Positions 23,924 to 37,520 are shown, numbered from the stretch's first letter. The stretch is 64,000 bases of DNA from Neoechinorhynchus agilis (GCA_051530055.1 CM121341.1:6984784-7048783); one strand, 5' to 3'. Numbers and translations: made by a program. Notes: a model not told the origin generated them from the letters alone.

Positions 23924-26900
23924 TAATCATCGTCCATTATTCTTCAAATGACACAAAAAGCCTAATAAAAAGATGATCAGGCAAAAGGAATAAGACTGAG
24001 AGAGTCCTAAAAGGCCATTTTCTATTCGGGCATCAAAATCAAACAAAATCCATTCAATCATCATCAGTTATTCTTCAAATGACACAGTAAGCCTAATAAA
24101 AAGATGATCAGGCAAAAGGAATAAGACTGAGAGAGTCTTAAAAGGCCATTTTCTATTCGGGCATCAAAATCAAACAAAATCCACTCAATCATCATCAGTT
24201 ATTCTTCAAATGACACAAAAAACCTTGTAAAAAGTTGATCAGGCAAAAGGAATAAGACGAGAGAGTCTTAAAAGGCCATTTTCTATTCGGGCATCGAAAT
24301 CAAACAAAATCCATTCAATCATCATCAGTTATTCTTCAAAGGACACAGTAAACCTAATAAAAAGATGATCAGGCAAAAGGAATAAGACTGAGAGAGTCTT
24401 AAAAGGCCATTTTCTATTCGGGCATCAAAATCAAACAAAATCCATTCAATCATCGTCAATTATTCTTCAAATGACACAAAAAGCCTTGTAGAAAGTTGAT
24501 CAGGCAAAAGGAATAAGACAGAGAGTCTTAAAAGGCCATTTTCTATCCGGGCATAAAAATCAAACAAAATCCATTCAATCATCCAGAGTTATTCTTCAAA
24601 GGACACAAAAAGCCTTGTAAAAAGTTGATCAGGCAAAAAGAATAAGACAGAGAGAGTCTTAAAAGGCCATTTTCTATTCGGGCATCAAAATCAAACAAAA
24701 TCCATTCAATCATCCTCAGTTATTCTTCAAAGGACACAAAAAGCCTTGTAAAAAGATGATCAGGCAAAAGGAATAAGACTGAGAGAGTCTTAAAAGGCCA
24801 TTTTCTATTCGGGCATCAAAATCAAACAAAATCCATTCAATCATCGTCAATTATTCTTCAAATGACACAAAAAGCCTTGTAAAAAGTTCATCAGGCAAAA
24901 GGAATAAGACTGAGAGAGTCTTAAAAGGCCATTTTCTATTCGGGCGTCGAAACCAAACAAAATCCACTCAATCATCATCAGTTATTCTTCAAATGACACA
25001 GTAAGCCTAATAAAAAGATGATCAGGCAAAAGGAATAAGACTGAGAGAGTCTTAAAAGGCCATTTTCTATTCGGGCATCAAAATCAAACAAAATCCATCA
25101 ATCATCTCAGTTATTCTTCAAATGACACAAAGCCTAGTAAAAAGATGATCAGGCAAAAGGAATAAGACTGAGAGAGTCTTAAAAGGCCATTTTCTATTCG
25201 GGCGTCGAAACCAAACAAAATCCACTCAATCATCATCAGTTATTCTTCAAATGACACAAAAAGCCTAGTAAAAAGATGATCAGGCAAAAGGAATAAGACT
25301 GAGAGAGTCTTAAAAGGCCATTTTCTATTCGGGCATCAAAATCAAACAAAATCCATTCAATCATCGTCAGTTATTCTTCAAATGACACAAAAGCCTTGTA
25401 AAAAGTTGATCAGGCAAAAGGAATAAGACTGAGAGAGTCTTAAAAGGCCATTTTCTATTCGGGCATCAAAATCAAACAAAATCCATTCAATCATCATCAG
25501 TTATTCTTCAAATGACACAAAAAGCCTAGTAAAAAGATGATCAGGCAAAAGGAATAAGACTGAGAGAGTCTTAAAAGGCCATTTTCTATTCGGGCATCAA
25601 AATCAAACAAAATCCATTCAATCATCGTCAATTATTCTTCAAATGACACAAAAAGCCTTGTAAAAAGTTGATCAGGCAAAAGGAATAAGACTGAGAGAGT
25701 CTTAAAAGGCCATTTTCTATCCGGGCATAAAAATCAAACAAAATCCATTCAATCATCCAGAGTTATTCTTCAAAGGACACAAAAAGCCTTGTAAAAAGTT
25801 GATCAGGCAAAAAGAATAAGACAGAGAGAGTCTTAAAAGGCCATTTTCTATTCGGGCATCAAAATCAAACAAAATCCATTCAATCATCGTCAATTATTCT
25901 TCAAATGACACAAAAAGCCTAGTAAAAAGATGATCAGACAAAAGGAATAAGACCGAGAGAGTCTTAAAAGGCCATTTTCTATTCGGGCATCAAAATCAAA
26001 CAAAATCCATTCAATCATCGTCAATTATTCTTCAAATGACACAAAAGGCCTTGTAAAAAGTTCATCAGGCAAAAGGAATAAGACTGAGAGAGTCTTAAAA
26101 GGCCATTTTCTATTCGGGCGTCGAAACCAAACAAAATCCACTCAATCATCATCAGTTATTCTTCAAATGACACAGTAAACCTAATAAAAAGATGATCAGG
26201 CAAAAGGAATAAGACTGAGAGAGTCTTAAAAGGCCATTTTCTATTTGGGCGTCGAAACCAAATAAAATCCACTCAATCATCATCAGTTATTCTTCAAATG
26301 ACACAAAAAGCCTTGTAATAAGTTGATCAGGCAAAAGGAATAAGACTGAGAGAGTCTTAAAGGGCCATTTTCTATCCGGGCATCAAAATCAAACAAAATC
26401 CATTCAATCATCGTCAATTATTCTTCAAATGACACAAAAAGCCTAGTAAAAAGATGATCAGGCAAAAGGAATAAGACTGAGAGAGTCTTAAAGGGCCATT
26501 TTCTATCCGGGCATCAAAATCAAACAAAATCCATCCAATCATCGTCAATTATTCTTCAAATGACACAAAAAGCCTAGTAAAAAGATGATCAGGCAAAAAG
26601 AATAAGACTGAGAGAGTCTTAAAAGGCCATTTTCTATTCGGGCATCAAAATCAAACAAAATCCATTCAGTCATCGTCAATTATTCTTCAAATGACACAAA
26701 AAGCCTAGTAAAAAGATGATCAGGCAAAAGGAATAAGACTGAGAGAGTCTTAAAAGGCCATTTTCTATTCGGGCATCAAAATCAAACAAGATCCATTCAA
26801 TCATCCAGAGTTATTCTTCAAAGGACACAAAAAGCCTTGTAAAAAGCTGATCAGGCAAAATGAATAAGACTGAGAGAGTCCTAAAAGGCCATTTTCTATT

Positions 26901-28416
26901 CGGGCATCAAAACCAAACAAAATCCATTCAATCATCGTCAATTATTCTTCAAATGACACAAAAAGCCTTGTAATAAGTTGATCAGGCAAAAGGAATAAGA
27001 CTGAGAGAGTCTTAAAGGGCCATTTTCTATCCGGGCATCAAAATCAAACAAAATCCATTCAATCATCGTCAATTATTCTTCAAATGACACAAAAAGCCTA
27101 GTAAAAAGATGATCAGACAAAAGGAATAAGACAGAGAGTCTTAAAAGGCCATTTTCTATTCGGGCATCAAAATCAAACAAAATCCATTCAATCATCGTCA
27201 ATTATTCTTCAAATGACACAAAAGGCCTTGTAAAAAGTTGATCAGGCAAAAAGAATAAGACAGAGAGAGTCTTAAAAGGCCATTTTCTATTCGGGCATCA
27301 AAATCAAACAAAATCCATTCAGTCATCGTCAATTATTCTTCAAATGACACAAAAAGCCTAGTAAAAAGATGATCAGGCAAAAGGAATAAGACTGAGGGAG
27401 TCTTAAAAGGCCATTTTCTATTCGGCATCAAAATCAAACAAAATCCATTTAATCATCGTCAATTATTCTTGAAATGACACAAAAAGCCTTGTAAAAAGTT
27501 GATCGGGCAAAAAGAATAAGACAGAGAGTCTTAAAAGGCCATTTTCTATTCGGGCATCAAAATCAAACAAAATCCATTCAATCATCCAGAGTTATTCTTC
27601 AAAGGACACAAAAAGCCTTGTAAAAAGCTTATCAGGCAAAAGGAATAAGACTGAGAGAGTCCTAAAAGGCCATTTTCTATTCGGGCGTCGAAATCAAACA
27701 AAATCCATTCAATCATCGTCAATTTTTCTTCAAATGACACAAAAAGCCTAGTAAAATGTTGACCAGGCAAAAGGAATAAGACTGAGAGAGTCTTAAAGGG
27801 CCATTTTCTATCCGGGCATCAAAATCAAACAAAATCCACTCAATCATCGTCAATTATTCTTAAAAGGATACAAAAAGCCTAGTAAAAAGTTCATCAGGCA
27901 AAAGGAATAAGACTGAGGGGAGTCTTGAAAGGCCATTTTCTATTCGGGCATCGAAATCAAACAAACTCCATTCAATCATCGTCAATTATTCTTCAAATGA
28001 CACAGTAAACCTAATAAAAAGATGATCAGGCAAAAGGAATAAGACTGAGAGTCTTAAAGGCCATTTTCTATTCGGGCGTCGAAACCAAACCAAATCCATT
28101 CAATCATCCAGAGTTATTCTTCAAATGACACAATGAGCCTTATAAAAAAGATGATCAGGCAAAAGGAATAAGACTGAGGGGAGTCTTAAAAGGCCATTTT
28201 CTATTCGGGCGTCGAAATCAAACAAAATCCATTGAATCATCGTCAATTATTCTTCAAATTACACAAAAAGCCTTGTAAAAAGCTGATCAGGCAAAAGTAA
28301 TAAGACTGAGAGTCTTAAAAGGCCATTTTCTATTCATGCATCGAAACCAAACAAAATCCATTCAATCATCGTCAGTTATTCTTCAAAGGACACAAAAAGC
28401 CTAGTAAAAAGTTGAT
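23924..28416. repeat. Tandem satellite, ~131-bp unit, ~34 copies
   Basis: TTATTCTTCAAATGACAC at 23937, 24068, 24199 and onward. Each unit has a TAAGACT-GAGAG-AGTCTTA palindrome. Confidence 0.95.
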
Positions 28417-28680
28417 AATAATCGTCAGTTGGGTACTCTGGTGCCAGTTAACAATTAACACTAAGAAAATTTTTTTAAAGGGTTTACAAATACTACACCG
28501 CATGACTGGAAAATAAATATTAATTATGTGGATTCTTTAAAAACCACCACCGAAGGTGGGTATCGATTTTTTATGATAAACCAAGTCATGGCACGTTACC
28601 ATTTGGCAGAAATGTCGCTATACGTGCTTCCCTATCGTCTCAATTCCAAAAATCAAGCACGAACTACTCGCACATAAACG

Positions 28681-29094
28681 ATGATAGCTGTCTTCATTAT
28701 CCTTTCCATCGCTGCTGATCATGCCGTCTCAATTCACTACGAATCGATTGGAGTGGTAAGAGGAAAAATCATTGGAAGCGGGATATTGCCGAAAGATGCA
28801 GTTGTGGAACTTCGATTAGACGATATTTCAAGATTAGAAAACGGGCCTGAAACGATTGCTCACGAAACTATTTACGGTCCACCGAGATTCCCGTTCACGT
28901 TTGATCTTGCATACGAAACAGAATCGATCAATGAAAACAATCGATATGCTGTAGGTGTACGAATTATGGATCCAAAAATAAATAACAAATTAATCTACGT
29001 GAATCATGTACAGGTTCGGACATTATCAAGTGGAAAACTTGATTCCAATTTGCTAATACCACTTATTAAGCTTGATCCTCGAAATATCGATTAG
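28681..29094 (+). CDS. YbaY/YscW-family (bacterial lipoprotein / T3S pilotin-like) protein with signal peptide
   Basis: LPKDAVVELRLDDISR..ETIAHETI..RFPFTFDLAYETESINENNRYAVGVRI..KLIYVN matches the recalled YbaY pattern LPPDAVLTVTLSDAS..PFSFVL.F....I....R..LSAAI....KLVFIT. Intronless; AATAAA at 29175. Confidence 0.75.
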   Translation: MIAVFIILSIAADHAVSIHYESIGVVRGKIIGSGILPKDAVVELRLDDISRLENGPETIAHETIYGPPRFPFTFDLAYETESINENNRYAVGVRIMDPKINNKLIYVNHVQVRTLSSGKLDSNLLIPLIKLDPRNID

Positions 29095-29639
29095 ATCTAG
29101 CCTTGATTAAACTGCATTTCCTCAAAATTGAATGTTGGTTTGTGGTTCACAACAAACAAATTGCACATTTCCGCAATAAAAAGTTTTGGAAAAATAGGAT
29201 TTTATTCACGCGTTCCACAGATTTGCAAAACGAACTCCTATTGACCGAACAAAGTTTATAACCAAATTCTACAATAGAAAATATAATTTGCTGAAATCAA
29301 TAATCTTCAGCATGTCTTCTATTTGCCTACATTTTTACCTGACAAAAACGGCTTCAAATCCATAAAGCGGCAAAAGCATCTTATGATGATTTGACGGAGG
29401 CAAAGAACAAACAAAACTCGGGAAATAAATAGGAAAAACGGAGATACAAAGCGATTCACGTAAACAATGTTAAAGACCAGTGAACAACAACTAAGCGAAC
29501 AACAAAAACACCGCAACAACACACAAACAAACAATGCAAACAGAACACAATAGGAAAAATAATGCGAACGGAGAAGTGAACAAACAAGTAAAACGGAAGA
29601 AAACATACAAAACAGGCAAGCATTTTCGCAAATGACAAC

Positions 29640-30805
29640 AACCAATTTTAAAATTGAGCCTAGCCGTCCTCAATTGTCGCCCGAATGTTGCTGATCGCTT
29701 CAGATCTCTCAGAAGTTGAAGAGCCTCGCTAACAAGAGATCCGTAGGTCTCAACCCCAAAAGGCACAAACTCATGGACTAAATCTAGGTATTTCGTCGTT
29801 TTCCGTCCTTCCGAAGCGCTCACTGCACCTCCACCTTGAACCGGCCAGAACTTGAGATTGCTGGCCTCGAGTTTATCGACACAGTGGCGTCCCAGAGGAG
29901 GAATTTACACTCCGGAAATGCGGTCACCCCATCAGGTCTACGCCCGTCGTCCTTACAGAGGTTTACAGGTTCCAAAATAAGTGCCCGGCTCAGCACCATG
30001 TTAATTTCGGAATGTCTTGCGAATCTGCCGGCTGATTTTCTACAGATGAGACCACGACGTCCCGATGAATCCATATTTGTACCGCAGCGGCAACGGTGGG
30101 GATGACACATCGGTTGTCCTCGTCTCATTGAAACCCGGACCCGTACTGCCTCGTCGGCGAGTACCCTCGGATGCCAGCGGGACCGTGGATTCTCCAGTGG
30201 AGACTGCCAACAACCTGGCACGGACAACGTCGTCGCTTGAGTCTGATAAGAGAGAGCTTTGAACTCTTGCGACGAGAGGTCCACACTGATTGTTTTTGGC
30301 GACCGGAGTTGGTCAGTGTACACCACTCACTGATTCCCTCTTCAAAATGCCTATCAATACGATAAGTAGATTTCAAAATGCGCTGAACTGCGCTTCCCAC
30401 ATAGGAGCCTAAAAATGCGGGCAGGGATATGTCCGCTGTTTTCCGGATACCCAACCTGCCAGAAGATACAGGCAAGGATGCTTGTCGCCATGCCTCTTCT
30501 GACAGCTGGACATTTAAAACTTGCTCGAGACAATCCTTCAATCTATCATCTCGCTTGCCAAGTTGAACCTTGTGCTTGAAAAACGGCGCAGTGTGTAGAG
30601 CACAAAGAACTTGGGGATGAAGAGGGTATTCTTTATCAAGAACAGAGCCTCGTGTGATCCAAGCTCACAGAACCTATCGCAAAGCACCGATAATTTCTTT
30701 AGAAGGCTGTTAATTTCGTTTTCTACATTCCCACCAGAACTGTTCAAAACAAGCGGGACGAAATATCCAGAATACGGTGTCGCTAATTTAACACACACTT
30801 CATAA
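29640..30805 (-). mobile_element. Degenerate CRE-like non-LTR retrotransposon, 3' part (RT thumb, CCHC, RLE endonuclease)
   Basis: WRQASLPVSSGRLGIR, HRCRCG..GLICRKSAGRFARH, LEP..DGRRPDG..LWDATV, FVPFGVETYG. Multiple frameshifts. Confidence 0.85.
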
Positions 30806-30832
30806 CTCCACTTGCCTTTAGCTCGAAAATAA

Positions 30833-31745
30833 AGATTTTCTTTATCCTTACCATTCGGGCCAAGTGTCCACCGAAAAAACTTTTAAAGTAGTATTTCAAA
30901 CAACTTTTATAAACGAAATGACGATGTTGGAGAGGTTGAAGGTTTACGAACTGGGAATTCCATTCCTTAAGCGATGTCTCCGAAACAGCATTATTCCCTT
31001 GTTTACAAGGAACCGTAAAAACTGAGGATTACTTCGTTTTCAATGTCTCAAAAGCCATTTAAGAGAATTGAGGAATAGTTTAGATCAATAATTGCAGAGC
31101 TTTAGAACTTTTTAAAACAAGCGGGACAAACTTTCCACACTTCGATGTGGCCAATTTAACACACAACCAAAAAACTTTTAAAGTAGTATTTCAAACTACT
31201 TTTATAAACGAAATGACGATGTTGGAGAGGTTGAAGGTTTACGAACTGGGAATTCTATTCCTTAAGCGATGTCTCCGAAACAGCATTATTCCCTTGTTTA
31301 CAAGGAATCGTAAAAACTGAGGATTACTTCGTTTTCAATGTCTCAAAAGCCATTTAAGAGAATTGAGGGATAGTTTAGATCGATAATTGCAGAGCTTTAG
31401 AACTTTTTAAAACAAGCGGGACAAACTTTCCACACTTCGATGTGGCCAATTTAACACACAACCAAAAAACTTTTAAAGTAGTATTTTAAACTACTTTCAT
31501 AGACGAAATACCAATGTTGGAGAGGTTGAAGGTTTACGAACTGGGAATTCTATTCCTTAAGCGATATCTCCGAAACAGCATTATTCCCTTGTTTACAAGG
31601 AACCGTAAAAATTGAGGATTACTTCGTTTTCAATGTCTCAAAAGCCATTTAAGAGAATTGAGGGATAGTTTAGATCGATAATTGCAGAGCTTTAGAACTT
31701 TTTAAAACAAGCGGGACAAACTTTCCACACTTCGATGTCGCTGTG
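30833..31745. repeat. 295-bp tandem repeat, ~3 copies (array A)
   Basis: TTTTAAAGTAG at 30881, 31176 and 31471. Same unit as 44395-47050. Confidence 0.92.
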
Positions 31746-32087
31746 TGTGTTTGGTTGCTTTAACACACACTTCGAGCTCGGAAATAAAGATTTCGCTTTA
31801 TGATTACAAAAGCTCGCCTGAGTGTCAATTTACAAAATCATGATGAAGCGGCTTTAAACTCAAGTATTATTTCACAAGATCTTTTTTTCTGGATAGCGCT
31901 TGTGTACTTTTGAAGGGATTTCATGAAAACCAAATACTATTTCCCACATCAGTCATTTATCTAATCGTCGAATTCTGCGCTTATCCCACCGCCCGGCTCC
32001 ATTGAACTAAACATGAATCGTATGTATACGCGCACACACATCCATCCAAACACGGCGACCAAAACATCGTCCCAAAAACGCAAACGA

Positions 32088-34905
32088 CTACTGCCTCATT
32101 CGTACTAGAACATCGGCTATTTGAAGTTGAATCTCCTCTCTTGCCTTAATGAACGCTTCCACGACCTTCTGATTGTTCATTCGTCTTACGGAACGACCAT
32201 TAAGACTGTAGAGAATTTGGCTAGGTTTTATACCAGCCTTCGCAGCCGGAGACTCGGGCACAACGGATAAAACCGAGTGTTGGTAGACTCGCTTGGTCCC
32301 GCAAATCGCAGACGAAACAAGCTTCGTTGTGAACGTAACTCCAAAACCACCGGATTCACGCTTTAGCACGACTGAATGAGCACTGGTTAACTGGTGATGG
32401 TGGATGTTATTGGCGAGCGTACCTACTATTGAACCAAGCAACAGACGAGACTTTCTACGTTTATGAAGATGCTCAATAGACGGCAGTTTCTTCATAGTGT
32501 TCATTGATTTGCTTCTATTGATCACACGAGATCGCAAGCGATCTCGAATGGATGGTTTCGGTGAAATGGTCGACGACGTGGACGACGTTTGAATGATTGT
32601 TGAAGGCGAGGACAGAGATGCCTTCAATCTCCGTGCTTCGTCCATATCCTGCTCATCATCCAACTCTGGACTAGATGAATTTTCAAGGTTCAGATACTCC
32701 GTTGAGCATGAAGAGAACGAAAACTCAAAATGGATATCGTCCGTGTTAGTAGAATCGGACTCGAAATTGTCATCCTCAGGTGAAGACTCCAAGGTATTTA
32801 CGTATTCGTCATCACCAACGTATTGATTTCTCGGGATAGTATCGGCTTTCCGCAAAAGAACATGATCCCAATCGAAGTTATAGTACAACGGATGATCCCT
32901 CAGTGTTGTTAATCGCAATTCCGGAGACCGTCTTAATAGCTGGAGAATGAGATCACGAGCCACATCGTTCTCGAAGTCATCTGGCCACTCAATCATATCT
33001 CCGATGATCGACGTAAATAAATCATCAACGGAGTTTGCAGTGAAGGGGGTAATTCCAACAAGCATCTCATAAAAGATTATGCCCATCGACCACCAATCAA
33101 CTGGTTTTCCATAAGGTCGCCTTAAGATGATTTCCGGCGCCATGTATTGTGGGCTTCCAAGAACTTGTTTATCGTCGAATCGTTGGTCGTCCATGGAGTC
33201 CGCTGTTGGCATTGAAGTGGCCGACGCTGCGACACTCATGATTCCTACTTTACTAAGACCGAAATCACTAAGTTTTATATGCCCAGATGCAGTTATAAGG
33301 AGATTCGAAGGCTTATCGTGTTTTATCTGGACGACACAGCAGTGTTCAGATAAAGCCTCTTTTAAGATCCCGATGGATTATCCCAAACGAGTGAACATAT
33401 TCTATGGCTAAACTGGTCTCAGCCATGTATATTGCTGCGAGATCAAGCGGTAAAGTGTAGGTTTCTAGACTGTCCAACAAGGTTCGAACGTCTCCCCCTT
33501 CAACATACTCCATTATAAGATAAAGGTGTTGACTGGTTTCGAATGAACAGAAAAGCGAGACGACAAACGGGTTTTTGGTAAAAGAAAGGATATCGCGTTC
33601 AGTGATTACTTGTTTAGCGACATTTTTTAGCCTTATCATTGATTTACTCATCTTCTTCATCGCCATTTTTGTCTTTGATTTTTCATGTGTGACCAAACAT
33701 ACCGATCCATAGGCACCGGAACTAAGAGTCCGTAAAACACGAAAATCCCGTTGAGACGGCATCTTGACTTTCTCTATATTACTGAACTTCTCTGGCGTTG
33801 GCTCTTTATCAAACCGACTGAGATCGACGAGAGAGGAATCAATCAACTGAGATGTAATGTATCTAGCAATCTCAAGCTTACTGATGGAAGTTGCCTCTGA
33901 CATTATTGTGTTCTCAACAATCCCGAGAGTTCGATACATTTGATCCGGGTCTTGGTCTAGACATTCTACCAAATTAGCAGTTCTTGAAATCGCCAATAGC
34001 AATTTATTCACACTCGATTTCAGATGCTGAAATGCGTCGTGACTTAGGATTTTACATTCGCATTCTTCGACAAGACGCTGAAGTTTGTCTTGAAGATCGG
34101 CGAAATAGGTTTTGGAAAGTTTGAGGCTGGAAGGCGTTGGCGACGAAGGGATCGTATGCATTGAACAACGGAATTGGTCAGCTATACTTGCTATTTCCGC
34201 TCTCCTTAGACAATCTTTAGCTAGTTCAAGAAGTTGTATATGTCCAAATCGAGCACTTGCGTCCTTAAGCTTTGAAGATGAACTTGCTAGAAGATCAGAT
34301 TGCTCGGCAATAAAGTCTTTAAGTTTTCGTTGCATCGCTGCTTTGGTAATTGGGAATCTGTCGTTTAGTACTGATGCCCAATTGCATCGTCGTGAGTTGC
34401 ATACGGGTGATAATCGTCCGGATGGAGAAATCGCCATGGGTGAATGAGCGCGATTTCCATTACCGTTGTTGCACATGGCACTGAATCCACCAACGACAAA
34501 GTCTCCGGACGATGACAACGATGAGGAAGATGAGTTTGGATTTTGCTCCCAAAACATTGATATGCTCGTACGTGGACTACTACAGTTCCGTTTGAAATTG
34601 TGCTCGTAAAAAGTAGGACTGGTGATCGAGGGTCCACTGAGCGATCCTCCTGACCTCCACATTCTCTTCAGCACACTTACATTAAATTGAGGGGATATTG
34701 GCGGTTGTATTGGTGATTGATTTGAGGTCAGAAATAAAGGGAGTTTTGATTTACGGCTCGCCTTCTGGACGGATGTTGCTGAGGTATGTAGATTCAGTGA
34801 AGGACACGAAATGGAGTTGCGGATAACACGAGGATGCCGTTCTTCATTTTCGAACACTAACTGACCGCTGGATGCGCGTCGTAAAGGCAGCGGATCAGAT
34901 TGCAT
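32088..34905 (-). CDS. MAST: Microtubule-associated Ser/Thr kinase (MAST family: N-terminal DUF1908-like region, AGC kinase, PDZ), 2 exons (34905-33364, 33314-32088)
   Basis: LSSGAYGSV, ERDILSFTKNPFVVSLFCSF, HRDLK|PSNLLITASGHIKLSDFGLSK, GSPQYMAPEIILRRPYGKPVDWWSMG, and a C-terminal PDZ (GGFGVTF..SPAAKAG). Confidence 0.9.
33315..33363 (-). other. Non-canonical stem-loop intron in the MAST catalytic loop (49 nt)
   Basis: HRDLKPxN fixes the length at 49 nt. Stem TTTATCTG/CAGATAAA (33354-33347/33329-33322) has an inner ACAC/GTGT helix. No GT or GC donor occurs in a usable phase. Confidence 0.8.
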
Positions 34906-35382
34906 GGAGTCTAAAAACCGGGTAAGTAGTCGGTTTTAAATGAACGCTAAGTGACTAGATATCTAAAGAAATCTCTACAACATTTAAGGTCACCGAATGC
35001 ACCATTTTTCTGCGTTTCTGGTGATATTTAGCGTTGTTTCCATGAATGCGCATGTGAGATAAGACCGACGATTCAGTGTGCCATCTATGAAAGAGCAAAT
35101 ACGGCCTGATTTCATCAGAAGATACTAGCACTAATGCGTTGGCGCCGAAAAATATGGCTGTTTTGTTGACCATCTTTGTCTCTCATGCGATAAGCGAGGA
35201 CCAATATAAACGTTACATTATCAAAAATGTCATTTATCCGAAACAAGGAAAACATAAAGCTGTCGTTTACATGAGCCAATACGCCAATGATTATGCCGAA
35301 TAAACATGGATAATTGGCTCTTAAAGTGTAAAGGACAAATAAGCACCAGTGATCCTGTGTTCAAAACACAACAAATGCCGGT

Positions 35383-36342
35383 GACTTTCAATGGAAAAAA
35401 AGACAGCTCAAAGTTAGAATTTTATATTGAAAAATAGAAAGCAAAAACGAATCGGCACAAATCGAACACGGCGACTTTCAATAGAAAAAAGAGCTCAACG
35501 TTAGAATTTCATATTGAAAAATAGAAAGCAAAAACGAATCGGCACAAATCGAACACGGCGACTTTCAATAGAAAAAAGAGCTCAATGTTAGAATTTCATA
35601 TTGAAAAATAGAAAGCAAAAACGAATCGGCACAAATCGAACACGAATATTCATTTGATTAAGAAATCTTTGTGGAAAAGGCGAAAAGTTTTGGTCTAAAC
35701 AAATTGTGCATTTTTTTCCAGGATTCGTAGGTGACTTTCAATAGAAAAAAGAGCTCAAAGTTAGAATTTCATATTGAGAAATAGAAAGCAAAAACGAATC
35801 GGCACAAATCGAACACGAATATTCATTTGATTAAGAAATCTTTGTGGAAAAGGCGAAAAGTTTTGGTCTAAACAAATTGTGCATTTAAATATTTTCCTGA
35901 TTTTGTAGGTGACTTTCAATAGAAAAAAGAGCTCAAAGTTAGAATTTCATATTGAAAAATAGAAAACAAAAACGAATCGGCACAAATCGAACACGGCGAC
36001 TTTCAATAGAAAAAAGAGCTCAAAGTTAGAATTTCATATTGAAAAATAGAAAGCAAAAACGAATCGGCACAAATCGAACACGGCGACTTTCAATAGAAAA
36101 AAGAGAGCTCAAAGTTAGAATTTCATATTGAAAAATAGAAAGCAAAAACGAATCGGCACAAATCGAACACGAATATTCATTTGATTAAGAAATCTTTGTG
36201 GAAAAGGCGAAAAGTTTTGGTCTAAACAAATTGTGCATTTTTTCCAGAATTCGTAGGTGACTTTCAATAGAAAAAAGAGCTCAAAGTTAGAATTTCATAT
36301 TGAAAAATAGAAAGCAAAAACGAATCGGCACAAATCGAACAC
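35383..36342. repeat. Composite tandem repeat, ~87-bp core with a ~170-bp long variant
   Basis: GACTTTCAAT(A/G)GAAAAAAG at 35383, 35473, 35560 and onward, interspersed with GAATATTCATTTGATTAAG.. insert units. Confidence 0.9.
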
Positions 36343-36484
36343 TGGGATTCTGATCATGATATTTTTCTAATACTTTAAAAACTGGGACGATTCGTTCATT
36401 GCGATTTTCGGTGGTGTGTTTTGGCGCCATGTGACGTAAAGATCTCTAAACAAAATATATTCAAAAATTGACTGAAATTCCGTG

Positions 36485-37520
36485 ATAAAAAGTGGAATCG
36501 ATTAATTCGGACTCGGGATTCTAAAAACGATATTTTGCCCAAAAACGTTTACAAAAAATGATTTTTCAACTTTAACGAAGAAACTTCAAGTTTGTATTCG
36601 ATCTCTTTTTGATATTTAATAAAAATCGTTAATGGTTCTTGTTCTCTAAAGGCAGAAAGTGAGAATTATGGACTCGGAAATCCCGAGATAAAAAGTGGAA
36701 TTCAAAGACAATTGATATTTTGCCAAGAAACGTTTACAAAAAGGATTTTTCAGCTTTAACGAAGAAACTTCAAGTTTGTATTCGATCTCTTTTTGATATT
36801 TAATAAAAATCGTTAATGTTTCTTGTTCTTTAAAGGCAGAAAGTGAGAATTATGGGCTCGGAAATCCCGAGATAAAAAGTGGAATTCAAAGACAATTGAT
36901 ATTTTGCCCAAAAACGTTTACAAAAAGGATTTTTCAGCTTTAACGAAGAAACTTCAAGTTTGTATTCGATGTCGTTTTGATATTTAATAAAAATCGTTAA
37001 TGGTTATTGTTCTCTAAAGGCAGAAAGTGAGAATTATGGACTCGGAAATCCCGAGATAAAAAGTGGAATTCAAAGACAATTGATATTTTGCCCAAAAACG
37101 TTTACAAAAAGGATTTTTCAGCTTTAACGAAGAAACTTCAAGTTTGTATTCGATGTCGTTTTGATATTTAATAAAAATCGTTAATGGTTATTGTTCTCTA
37201 AAGGCAGAAAGTGAGAATTATGGACTCGGAAATCCCGAGATAAAAAGTGGAATCGATTAATTCGGCTACATTTGAGTCGGCAATTCAAAGACAATTGATA
37301 TTTTGCCAAGAAACGTTTACAAAAAGGATTTTTCAGCTTTAACGAAGAAACTTCAAGTTTGTATTCGATCTCGTTTCGATATTTAATAAAAATCGTTAAT
37401 GGTTCTTGTTCTCTAAAGGCAGAAAGTGAGAATTATGGACTCGGAAATCCCGAGATAAAAAGTGGAATTCAAAGACAATTGATATTTTGCCAAAAAACGT
37501 TTACAAAAAGGATTTTTCAA
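36485..37520. repeat. Tandem repeat, 184-bp unit, ~5.5 copies
   Basis: GAGAATTATGG at 36661, 36845, 37029, 37213 and 37428. Confidence 0.9.

Noticed and set aside
28681-29094. Bacterial contamination as the source of the YbaY-like gene
   Set aside because: It is contiguous with host satellite and retroelement DNA, has no neighbouring bacterial genes and no lipobox, and has a poly(A) signal. A chimeric join at the satellite remains to be excluded with reads.
29319-29645. Hydrophobic Cys/Phe/Val-rich ORFs
   Set aside because: These are a by-product of a TG-rich low-complexity tract, probably the 3' UTR of the CRE remnant.
18927-33363. Translational bypassing (T4 gene 60 / byp-like hops), suggested by ~50-nt gaps with a stop and a hairpin
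   Set aside because: Matching take-off and landing codons exist for MAST (AAA/AAG) and GCN1-2 (GTA/GTA) but not for REXO4, HK or GSS-1, and 230-400-nt gaps are implausible hops. It is disfavoured but only cDNA can formally exclude it.
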